From: Myxococcota bacterium
GTDB taxonomy: Bacteria; Myxococcota_A; UBA9160; PR03
DNA length: 64,000 nt
NCBI GenBank assembly: GCA_041611735.1
Contig: JBFIML010000007.1
Location: forward strand, 1 to 64,000
Direction of reading: 5' to 3'
This document shows, piece after piece, positions 52,729-64,000 of this stretch. The notes under the pieces are model-generated. The model saw only the letters and a list, made by a program, of their open reading frames with translations. It was not told the origin of the DNA and ran no database searches. Position 1 is the stretch's first letter; every line of letters begins with the position of its first letter. Both the position numbers and the translations under genes were made by a program.

Positions 52729-53742
52729 ATGCAGGACCGGCTCGTCTTCCTGATCGGATCACCGCGCTCGGGATCCACGCTGCTCGCGCGCATGCTCGGC
52801 GCCCACCCGGCGATCCACGCCCCCGCGGAGCCGCATCTCGTCACGCCGCTGGCCCACCTGGGCTACTACGCGTCGGTGGAGAAGGCGCCCTACGACCCCG
52901 TCATCACCCGGCAGGCCATGCAAGAGCTGGTGGGGAGCCTCCCGCGCGGGGAGGAGGACTACCTGGACGCCCTGCGGGCCTGCACGGATACCGTGTACGA
53001 GCGCCTGCTGGCGGCCTCGGGCCGGCGCCTGCTGCTGGACAAGACGCCCGCCTACGCTCTGTGCCTCGACTTCCTGGCCCGCCTGTATCCGAAGGCCCGC
53101 TACGTGGTGCTGACCCGCCATCCCCTGGCGGTGTGGTCGTCGTACGTGGAGTCGTTCTTCGACGGCGACCACGAGGTGGCCCATGCCCACAACCCGCTGC
53201 TGGAGCGCTACGTGCCGGCCGTCGGCCGCTTCCTGCGCGATCGGCCCGTGCCGCTCGTGGCCGTGCGCTACGAGGAGATGGTGCGGGAGCCGGAGCGCGA
53301 GCTGCGCCGGATCTGCGGCTTGCTGGAGCTGCCCTTCGAGCCGGGCATGGTGAGCTACGGCGAGACGCAGGGTGCGGCGCAGCCGGCCGCGCGCGGCCTG
53401 GGCGACCCGCTCGGCGTGGCGAACCAGACGCGTCCCAGCACCGGCTCCGTGGCACGCTGGGCCCGGGACATGGCCGGCGACCCGGGCAAGCTCGCCCAGG
53501 CGCGACGCATCGTGGAGCGGCTGCCGGACGAGGACCTGGAGACCTGGGGCTATCCGCGCTCGGCCATCGAGAGGGAGCTCGACGCGGTGGTGCCGGCCCC
53601 GACCCGCCGGCGGCGGCGCCCCTGGAGCTACTACACGCTGGAACGCAAGCTCCTGGTCCGGCTGCGGCGCAACATCCACCACAACGCCTTCGGGCGCCTG
53701 GTGCGCCGCGTGCGCTTCGCCTGCGACGTCCTGCTGCGCTGA
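52729..53742 (+). CDS. PAPS-dependent sulfotransferase (Sulfotransfer_3/TPST-like)
   Basis: 5'-PSB loop IGSPRSGSTLL, DKTP, 3'-PB motif LTRHP-----S, VRYEE-V-EP. Confidence 0.88.
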   Translation: MQDRLVFLIGSPRSGSTLLARMLGAHPAIHAPAEPHLVTPLAHLGYYASVEKAPYDPVITRQAMQELVGSLPRGEEDYLDALRACTDTVYERLLAASGRRLLLDKTPAYALCLDFLARLYPKARYVVLTRHPLAVWSSYVESFFDGDHEVAHAHNPLLERYVPAVGRFLRDRPVPLVAVRYEEMVREPERELRRICGLLELPFEPGMVSYGETQGAAQPAARGLGDPLGVANQTRPSTGSVARWARDMAGDPGKLAQARRIVERLPDEDLETWGYPRSAIERELDAVVPAPTRRRRRPWSYYTLERKLLVRLRRNIHHNAFGRLVRRVRFACDVLLR

Positions 53743-53794
53743 GGGGGCTGCCCTCCCGGGGGCCGGTCGGCTATAAACCGGGGTGGAGGGATGC

Positions 53795-53920
53795 ATGGAA
53801 CCGAGACCGCGCTCTCCCGAGGAGTCTCCGCCGGCCTACCAGCCGCCCGACGCCGAGGTGATCGCTCTCGACTGCGAGATCAGCGCCTACGCGCCGGTCG
53901 AGGACGATCCGCTCCCCTGA
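53795..53920 (+). CDS. PqqA-like precursor peptide (41 aa), not in the ORF track
   Basis: TATAAA at 53772, GGAGG at 53785-53789, ATG at 53795. Translation MEPRPRSPEESPPAYQPPDAEVIALDCEISAYAPVEDDPLP. It has the aromatic-x-x-P-x9-E-x-x-x-Y spacing of PqqA. Confidence 0.72.
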   Translation: MEPRPRSPEESPPAYQPPDAEVIALDCEISAYAPVEDDPLP

Positions 53921-53927
53921 CGGACCC

Positions 53928-54647
53928 ATGTCCAAGGGCCGCTTCGCCCACGTCCGCGAGGCCCTGCGCCGCTACTTCGTGGCGGGCATCCTGGTGCTGG
54001 CCCCCATCCTCGTCACCACCTGGGCGATCGCCTGGGTGGTGCAGCGCCTGGACAACCTGCTGCTTCCCCAGGTGCTGCGCCTGCTCTTCCCGGGCGTCGA
54101 GGACCCGCCGCGCCTGCCCCTGGTGGGGGCCATCTTCACCGTGCTCGTGATCCTGCTGGTGGGTGTCGTGGCGCGGCACTTCTTCGGCCTCGAGCTGGTG
54201 CGGGCGGTCGAGCGGCTGCTGGCGCGCGTCCCCATTGCGCGCAGCATCTACGCGGGGGTGAAGCAGCTGGCGGAGGCGATCTTCCTTTCCGACACCACGA
54301 GCCGCTTCAACCGGGTCGTGCTGGTGGAGTACCCGCGCAAGGGGCTCTACGCCATCGCCTTCACCACCGGCCGCGCGCGCGGCATCGTGCAGAAGGCGAC
54401 GCCCGCCATCATGGTCAACTGCTTCGTACCCACCACACCGAACCCCACCTCGGGGTTCTACCTGCTGATCCCGGAGGAGGAGATCATCGAGGTGAACCTG
54501 ACCGTGGAGGAGGCCTTCAAGCTCATCATGTCGGCGGGCCTGGTGGGGCCCGAAAGCGGGGCGCGCAACGCGGAAGCGCCATCCACCCTCCCGGCAGGGC
54601 CGGCGGCCGTGGCCGGGGGGGGATCGTCCTCGCCAGAGGGTTCGTGA
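53928..54647 (+). CDS. DUF502 family membrane protein
   Basis: YFVAGILV-AP, P--RSIY--VKQ, VLVEYPR-G, FVPTTPNPTSGF, F--IMSAG. Confidence 0.9.
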   Translation: MSKGRFAHVREALRRYFVAGILVLAPILVTTWAIAWVVQRLDNLLLPQVLRLLFPGVEDPPRLPLVGAIFTVLVILLVGVVARHFFGLELVRAVERLLARVPIARSIYAGVKQLAEAIFLSDTTSRFNRVVLVEYPRKGLYAIAFTTGRARGIVQKATPAIMVNCFVPTTPNPTSGFYLLIPEEEIIEVNLTVEEAFKLIMSAGLVGPESGARNAEAPSTLPAGPAAVAGGGSSSPEGS

Positions 54648-54988
54648 GCGAGCTCGCCACGCGCCACTGCGTGCCCTGCCGGGGCGACACGCCGCGTCTG
54701 CGCGGCGCGGCCATCGAGCCCCTGCGCGCCCAGCTCGACCCGGCCTGGAAGGTGACGGACGAGCACCACCTGGAGCGCGAGCTGCGCTTCGCGAACTTCC
54801 GGGAGGCGCTCGCCTTCACCAACCGGGTGGGCGAGATCGCCGAGGCCGAGCACCATCATCCGGATCTCGAGCTCGCCTGGGGGCGCGTCGCGGTCCGCAT
54901 CTGGACCCACGCCATCGACGGTCTCACCGAGAGCGACTTCGTCCTGGCCGCGAAGATCGACCGCCTGGCGGAAGGCCAGGCATCGTGA
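54644..54988 (+). CDS. phhB: Pterin-4a-carbinolamine dehydratase
   Basis: C-PC-G, F--F--AL-F-N, EHHHPD, WTH-IDGLTESDF-LAAKID. Confidence 0.9.
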   Translation: MSELATRHCVPCRGDTPRLRGAAIEPLRAQLDPAWKVTDEHHLERELRFANFREALAFTNRVGEIAEAEHHHPDLELAWGRVAVRIWTHAIDGLTESDFVLAAKIDRLAEGQAS

Positions 54989-55052
54989 CCCTTGCCTTCC
55001 CCACCGGCTGGGAGCGCTGCGAGGCCCGGGAGGGCGAGGCCCATCTCCCGGT

Positions 55053-56288
55053 TCATCCCGATCCGGTCGCTCCCGCGGACGCGCTCGCGAGCCCGGCGGC
55101 GGGGCGCAGCAGCGCCAGGGCGTTTTCGCGCAGGATCGCCCGGCGCGCCTCGGGGCGCCCCTCGGTCACGATCAGCAGCTTGGCGAGGGTGGCGGCCAGG
55201 GGATAGAAGGGCCAATCGCTGCCGAAGACCAGGCGCTTGGGGCCCAGATCTTCCAGCATTCGATGAAGGGCGCTGACGCCCTGCCCGGCGATCTCCAGCC
55301 AGACGTTGGGGCGCTCCCGGGCCAGGCGCAGGGCGTCGGCCGCGTCGCGAGCCCCCGCGTGGCCGAACAGGAAGCGCACCCCCGGGAACTCCGCCACCGG
55401 GGCCTCGTAGCGGCGGATCACCGCGTAGCGGCGCAGGAAGCGCGGCTCGATGCCGGAGCGGCCGGCATGGAAGATCACCGGCAGGTCGAGCTGCTCGCAC
55501 TCCGCGTAGATCGCCATGGCCTCCGGGTCGTCCGGGTAGAAGCGCTGCATCTCCGGGTGGAGCTTCACGCCGCGGACGCCCCGGGCCGCGTAGCCCCGCA
55601 GCTTCTCGGGCCAGCCGCCGTCCCGCGGATGGACCGACGCGAAGGGTACGAGGCGCGGGCGGGCCCGGGCCCGGCCCAGGGCGTCGAGCCAGGCCGCGGT
55701 GAGGTCGTCCCCGAACGGGAGCCCCCACGCGATGGGCAGCACCGCCGCCTGCTCGAAGCCCATGCGGTCCAGCTCCTCCAGCAGGTTCGGGATCGTGTAG
55801 GTGTGCGACGCCTCGCTGCCGCGCCAGAGCTGGTCGCGGAGCTCGCGGCGCAGGTCGGCCAGGGCCTCGGCGGTGAAGTTCGCGTTCAGGTAGACGTCGA
55901 GGTCGAGCGGGCAGCCGGGCTCCTCCGCGTCGCAGTCGAGCCGATAGGACACGCGCCCCGTGCGGCGCAGCAGGTCCACGGCCGGCGCGAAGAGCATCCA
56001 CATGGCCAGGTGGGTGTGCAGGTCGATCCCGGCGGGCGGCTCGTCCAGCACGAGACGCAGCCGCTTGGCTTCGTCCAGCTCGAACCAGGGCAGCTCGGCG
56101 AGGCCCCGGTAGCCGCGGAAGCGCAGCACGCCGTGGGGCCCGCGCCCGGAGCGCGCTGCCTCGTCGGCGCGCTGGCGGGCGAGCGCCGCCTCGTCGGCCT
56201 CGCCGTAGTCGCCCTCGCCACAGCCCAGGGCGGAGCCGGCCGCCGCGGCGAAGGCGAGACGCAGCAGGTCCCGGCGGCCCAGCCGCAC
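55053..56288 (-). CDS. Amidohydrolase_2 family metallo-hydrolase with Tat/lipoprotein signal
   Basis: RRDLL twin-arginine and ALGC lipobox, DLHTH, KLHP, IFHAG, GHAG, FGSDWP. Confidence 0.85.
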   Translation of the reverse strand: MRLGRRDLLRLAFAAAAGSALGCGEGDYGEADEAALARQRADEAARSGRGPHGVLRFRGYRGLAELPWFELDEAKRLRLVLDEPPAGIDLHTHLAMWMLFAPAVDLLRRTGRVSYRLDCDAEEPGCPLDLDVYLNANFTAEALADLRRELRDQLWRGSEASHTYTIPNLLEELDRMGFEQAAVLPIAWGLPFGDDLTAAWLDALGRARARPRLVPFASVHPRDGGWPEKLRGYAARGVRGVKLHPEMQRFYPDDPEAMAIYAECEQLDLPVIFHAGRSGIEPRFLRRYAVIRRYEAPVAEFPGVRFLFGHAGARDAADALRLARERPNVWLEIAGQGVSALHRMLEDLGPKRLVFGSDWPFYPLAATLAKLLIVTEGRPEARRAILRENALALLRPAAGLASASAGATGSG

Positions 56289-56298
56289 CTCCAGGGCC

Positions 56299-59097
<2,799 letters not shown>

Positions 59098-59175
59098 GGT
59101 CCCCCTCCCGCGCCCGGCAGCGCGTCCGAGCCAAGAAGCTAGCCGAGCGGCGGCGCGACGCCGGCGGACGACGCC

Positions 59176-59853
59176 CTACAGCCAGGCGTAGGCGGCGCGC
59201 AGCGCCTCGCGGCCGCCGCTCTCGAGAACCTCGCCGTGGGTGAGGAGCACGCGGTCGAAGTCCCAGGCGAGCAGCCGGTCGATGGATCGGCGCAAGGCCG
59301 CGCGGTCGCGCACCAGGGAGCGCAGCATCCGGCTCGGCCCGAAGCGCTGGTAGGCGCCGTTCGCACGCAGGAAGAGCCGCGCGAGCAACGCGTCGGCGTG
59401 CTGGACGTTGAAGGCCAGGTCCGTGAGCACCAGCGTGCGCGTGGGCCGGTGCCAGAGCGCCACCTCGTTCAGGTACGGGATGCCCCGCACCAGGTGGGTC
59501 TCCAGCTCCCCCTTCCACTCCGGCGGCGGCTGGTCCTCGAGGAGGGCGTGGAAGGCCAGGTCGCTGCGCTTCTCCGGAAGCCCCGGGGCGCCCAGGCGTC
59601 GCGCGTCGGGATAACGCTCGGCCGCCTTCGCCAAGAACAGGTGGTGCACCCGGTTCGGCGCCACCAGGAAACGCACCGGGCCGAGGGCGTCCAGCCGTTG
59701 CCCGAGCTCCGCGTCCAGGGCCACGGGCGAGTGCAGCAGCAGGCCTCCGTCCGCCAGGCGCACCACGGTCATGCGCGTCCCGAGCGGGATGAAGCCGGCG
59801 GCCCGCAGGGTGCGCGTCTCGCTCCAGAGGCCCTGGCCGTGCTGGGTCCACAC
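59176..59853 (-). CDS. DUF4336 family protein (metallo-beta-lactamase-like)
   Basis: RMTVVRL-DG-L-LHSPV, APN--HH, EVA--H-P-RTL-LTD, W-FDR----HG. Confidence 0.82.
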   Translation of the reverse strand: MWTQHGQGLWSETRTLRAAGFIPLGTRMTVVRLADGGLLLHSPVALDAELGQRLDALGPVRFLVAPNRVHHLFLAKAAERYPDARRLGAPGLPEKRSDLAFHALLEDQPPPEWKGELETHLVRGIPYLNEVALWHRPTRTLVLTDLAFNVQHADALLARLFLRANGAYQRFGPSRMLRSLVRDRAALRRSIDRLLAWDFDRVLLTHGEVLESGGREALRAAYAWL

Positions 59854-59917
59854 GGCGGGAAGGCTCTCCGATCCGGAGGGCGAGCGTCAAGCGGGTCCGG
59901 CCCCGTCCCACCCGCGC

Positions 59918-59947
59918 TTGACGCCGCTTTCGAAGCCCCGTTAGCGT
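59918..59947 (+). promoter_or_regulatory. Putative sigma70 promoter of the RLP-cupin operon; its -35 box is one arm of an inverted repeat
   Basis: TTGACG-N18-TAGCGT. Inverted repeat GCGTCAAGCG (59884-59893) / CGCTTGACGC (59915-59924). Confidence 0.45.
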
Positions 59948-59957
59948 CTCGCTCGAA

Positions 59958-61094
59958 GTGACCGATTCCCCTCTGGAATCCGTGCGAGCGCGCTACCGCC
60001 TGGCGGTGGGCGCCGAGGCCGCCGCCGCCCGCGCCGAGGCGCTGCGCTACGAGCAGACGGTGGAGCTCCCGCCCGAGGCGGTGAGCGACCCCTTCGTGGA
60101 GAAGGAGATCCTGCCGCGAGTCGAGGCGCTCGGGCCGGCCGCCGGCGGGGGCTTCGAGCTGGTGCTGGCCTACCCGCCCGGCGTGGCCCGCGCCGAACCG
60201 GCGTCGCTCCTGGGAGTGCTGTTCGGGAACTGCTCGCTGCAGGACGACGTGTCGCTCACGGCCGTGGAGCTTCCGGAGCCCGTCTGCCGCGGCCTCGGCG
60301 GTCCGCGTCTCGGGAGCGCGGGCCTGCGGCGCCTGGCCGGCGTGCCAGAGGGCCCCCTCACCTGCACCGCGTTGAAGCCCGTGGGGCTCGCTCCGGACGC
60401 CCTGGCCGAACTCTGCGCGGTCTTCGCCCGGGCAGGGATCCACGTGGTGAAGGACGACAACGGCCTGGCGGACCACCCCTTCTGTCCCTTCGCCGAGCGG
60501 GTTCGCGCCTGCCAGGCGGCGGTCGAGCGCGTCGCCCGGGAGACGGGTCGCCGCACGCTGTACGCTCCCAACGTGACTGGGAGCCCCGCGGCCGTGGCCC
60601 GGCAGATCGACCTGGCCGGCGCGCTCGGCGTACGCGCCGTGATCCTCGAGCCCATGCTGGTGGGACTCCCGCTCCTGCACGAGCTGGCGCGAGGCGAACG
60701 CGAGCTCGCACTGCTGGCGCACCCGTCCTTCGCGGGCGCGCCGCGCATCGCCCCGGAGGTCCTGCTCGGCACCCTGTTCCGGGCCTGCGGAGCCGACGCC
60801 GTGATCTTTCCCCATGCCGGGGGCCGCTTCGCCCGCTTCGATCTTGCGACCTGCCGCCGCCTGGGCGACGCCCTGGTCGGCCCCACGGGCGGACTGCGCC
60901 CTGCCCTGCCGGTGCCGGGGGGCGGCATGGAGGTGGAGCGCGTGGAGGAGCTGCTGCGCTTCTACGGGCCCGACGTCATGCTGCTGGTGGGTGGGAGCCT
61001 GTACCGGGCGGGAGCGGCGCTCGGCGAGCGCACCCGGCGCTTCGTGGACGACGTCCGACGTGCGGCCCAGCGTCTGGCCCGGGAGGCGTCGTGA
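59958..61094 (+). CDS. RuBisCO-like protein (form IV), resembling Rhodospirillum rubrum MTRu-1P isomerase type
   Basis: EQTVELP, LFGN-SL, GPR-G--GLR, ALKP-GL, KDDNGLAD, YAPNVTG, AHP, GAD--IFP--GGRF, P-PGGGM, LVGG. Confidence 0.9.
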   Translation: MTDSPLESVRARYRLAVGAEAAAARAEALRYEQTVELPPEAVSDPFVEKEILPRVEALGPAAGGGFELVLAYPPGVARAEPASLLGVLFGNCSLQDDVSLTAVELPEPVCRGLGGPRLGSAGLRRLAGVPEGPLTCTALKPVGLAPDALAELCAVFARAGIHVVKDDNGLADHPFCPFAERVRACQAAVERVARETGRRTLYAPNVTGSPAAVARQIDLAGALGVRAVILEPMLVGLPLLHELARGERELALLAHPSFAGAPRIAPEVLLGTLFRACGADAVIFPHAGGRFARFDLATCRRLGDALVGPTGGLRPALPVPGGGMEVERVEELLRFYGPDVMLLVGGSLYRAGAALGERTRRFVDDVRRAAQRLAREAS

Positions 61095-61534
61095 GGCCGC
61101 TCACCCGCCATCGCGGGGGCTTTCGCTGGGAGCACGTCCCCGTCCGGGCCTACAAGGGCGAGGGCACCCACTTCCGGGACGTGACCCGCCAGGTGCTCTT
61201 CGGGGCCGAGGCCGGCCTGGCCGGCGAGCTGCGTTACTTCGAGGTGGCGCCGGGCGGTCACACCACCCTCGAGCGGCATGCGCATCCCCATGCGGTGGTG
61301 GTGGTCCGCGGTCGGGGCCGCGTGCTGGTGGGCTGCGAGATCCACGACGTGGACCCGTACGATCTGGTCCACGTGCCGCCCCGAACCTGGCACCAGTTCC
61401 GGGCCGCCGACGACCAGGCGCTCGGCTTCCTCTGCCTGGTGGACGCTGCCCGCGACCGGCCCGAGCGCCCGGACGAGAAGCAGCTCGCGGCGCTGCGCCG
61501 CGAGCCGGTGCTGGCCGCGTTCCTGCGCGCCTAG
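61091..61534 (+). CDS. Cupin, resembling methylthioxylulose-5-phosphate methylsulfurylase type
   Basis: FRWE-V---YK, VTRQVLF, LRYFEVAPGGH-TLERH-H-H, WHQFRA, LGFLC-V---RD-P. GTGA-coupled to the RLP. Confidence 0.82.
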   Translation: MRPLTRHRGGFRWEHVPVRAYKGEGTHFRDVTRQVLFGAEAGLAGELRYFEVAPGGHTTLERHAHPHAVVVVRGRGRVLVGCEIHDVDPYDLVHVPPRTWHQFRAADDQALGFLCLVDAARDRPERPDEKQLAALRREPVLAAFLRA

Positions 61535-61582
61535 GCCCCGGGAGCACCACGCGGGCAGCAGTCGGGGTCCATGAGATGGCCT

Positions 61583-62605
61583 CTAGCCGAGCACCCGGCC
61601 GAGGACGCGCTCCACCAGCGCCGCCCCCAGCCACGACCCCACGCCCAGCATCACGTAGAGCGTGAAGCGCAGCAGCGTGGACACGTCGAAGGGCCACTCG
61701 CGAACGTCCTCGACCAGCGAGCGGTAGGCGATCAGGTTGGCGAGGCGGGGGCTCTCGCGGCCCGGCGGCGCATCGAGCAGCCCCTCCCGGGCTTGCCGGA
61801 TGGCTTCCGTCACGCGCGCCAGCTCGGCGCGTTTCACCGCGCGGATGCGCCCGTGCACGCCGCGCACCGGGAGGATCAGGGCCGCCACCGCGACTGCCAG
61901 GAGCGGCAGCAGCCCGAGGGCGTTGCTCCAGTGGGACTCGGGCCCCAGCCAGAAGGCCGCCATGATCGCGAACCAGATCGCCCACAGGAGCACCAGGCGC
62001 AGCCCGAAGCGCACCAGGGGCTGGAGCGGCCGCAGATCCAGCAGATCGATCTCGACCCATCGCTCGCCCACGCTGGAGAGGGCGCGCGCCGCGTGCAGGT
62101 GCGCAGTGAGGGCGCGGCCCACCAGCCAGCCGAAGAGCACGAGCCAGAACACGGCCCCCGGCGGGTAGGGGACGAGCACGACCGGCGCCATCGAGAAGCC
62201 GAGCACGAGCATCGCGAGCACCCCGCCACATCCCGCCAGGCGCAGCCGGCTGCGACCGACCCGAAGCGGCCACGCCAGGGCGTCTTCGACCTCGGGCCCC
62301 TGCTCCGGGATGGCCGGTCGCAGCGCGCCGGCCTGCCGCTCCGCGGCGCGCAGCCCCAGGGCCGCCAGGGTGAGCGTGTAGCCGAGCATGGCGGCACGGA
62401 TGCCGACCTCGGTCCAGCTCCCCGGCCCCCAGCGTGGGAGCGCGGCGAGGTCGACTTCGGCGATCACCCGGAGCATGGCCAGCCAGCCGGCGACGAACCC
62501 CGCGGCCAGGGCGATCCCGAGCGCGGCGAGGCGGAGAGGATGGTCCCGGGCCACGCGGAAGGTCCAGACGCACGCCTCGGGCGCGACCGCCTCGACGGTC
62601 GTCAA
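61583..62605 (-). CDS. Hypothetical polytopic membrane protein
   Basis: Several TM helices, C-terminal REWPFD-STLLRF motif. The TTG at 62605 overlaps the TGA of the upstream remnant. Confidence 0.7.
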   Translation of the reverse strand: MTTVEAVAPEACVWTFRVARDHPLRLAALGIALAAGFVAGWLAMLRVIAEVDLAALPRWGPGSWTEVGIRAAMLGYTLTLAALGLRAAERQAGALRPAIPEQGPEVEDALAWPLRVGRSRLRLAGCGGVLAMLVLGFSMAPVVLVPYPPGAVFWLVLFGWLVGRALTAHLHAARALSSVGERWVEIDLLDLRPLQPLVRFGLRLVLLWAIWFAIMAAFWLGPESHWSNALGLLPLLAVAVAALILPVRGVHGRIRAVKRAELARVTEAIRQAREGLLDAPPGRESPRLANLIAYRSLVEDVREWPFDVSTLLRFTLYVMLGVGSWLGAALVERVLGRVLG

Positions 62606-62748
62606 CCGGCTCGTGCCCCGCGCGCATCGCGCGTGTACCACCAGGCCCAGGCAACGAGGACCGCTTGGAACGGAAGCCGCACCCAGTTCCAGATCCCGAG
62701 TCCCTCCTGGGCGCCCAGCATGGGCAGGTCGTTCACCGCCACGTGAGC
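62602..62748 (-). pseudogene. 5'-truncated remnant of a DoxX-like (COG4270-type) membrane protein
   Basis: Frame reads AHVAVNDLPMLGAQEGLGIWNWVRLPFQAVLVAWAWWYTRDARGARAG*, resembling the family's C-terminal RLP[LF]Q--L-AWAWWY. An in-frame TAG lies at 62749-62751. Confidence 0.6.
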
Positions 62749-62761
62749 CTATCACCGCGGC

Positions 62762-62790
62762 TTGAGTGCCGAGCGGCGATCTCGTACGCT
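62762..62790 (+). promoter_or_regulatory. Putative sigma70 promoter for the thiC leader
   Basis: TTGAGT-N17-TACGCT just upstream of the aptamer. Confidence 0.55.
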
Positions 62791-62798
62791 CTGCCTCG

Positions 62799-64000
<1,202 letters not shown>

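Noticed and set aside
53791-54150. 119-aa ORF in the track starting at ATG 53791
   Set aside because: The ATG is only 1 nt from the SD and the frame overlaps DUF502 with junk-like composition. ATG 53795 in another frame has proper spacing and gives the PqqA-like peptide.
59958-61094. RuBisCO indicating CO2 fixation
   Set aside because: The protein is short (378 aa), lacks KDDE, and has no rbcS or prk nearby. It is a form IV RLP.

Overview
A very GC-rich chromosomal window from a diderm bacterium. The gene content (lptD, lapAB, scpAB, glnD, FIST, GGDEF/EAL, exosortase) suggests a Myxococcota/Deltaproteobacteria-like organism, which is an inference. About 60 CDSs can be supported. Most are housekeeping: a long minus-strand run pheA-hisC-tyrA-rpsA-ihfB-lapA-lapB-mutS-amidase-glnD-xerD-CCA-scpA-scpB-rluB, then lptD-trpGDCFBA, coaE, dtd, dcd, queG, acnA, and thiC with a TPP riboswitch. 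I saw no rRNA, tRNA, CRISPR array or mobile element. The most notable items are: (1) a 41-aa PqqA-like precursor peptide missed by the ORF track (53795-53920), with no pqq enzymes nearby, lying between a sulfotransferase and a DUF502-PCD pair; (2) a translationally coupled operon of C39-like peptidase, RLAN-ATP-grasp ligase, GCS2 ligase and formylglutamate-type amidohydrolase; (3) a RuBisCO-like protein plus cupin resembling the MTA-isoprenoid shunt, with an unusual KDDN active-site motif; (4) three sigma28-type promoter motifs, each before a cyclic-nucleotide signalling gene; (5) a lipoprotein with seven Dx[DN]xDG repeats coupled to a CAP protein; (6) two small gene remnants or sORFs (843-968, 62602-62748). 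Product calls come from motifs I recognised by eye, not from database searches. Several start codons were re-picked from the ORF track using start/stop overlaps.
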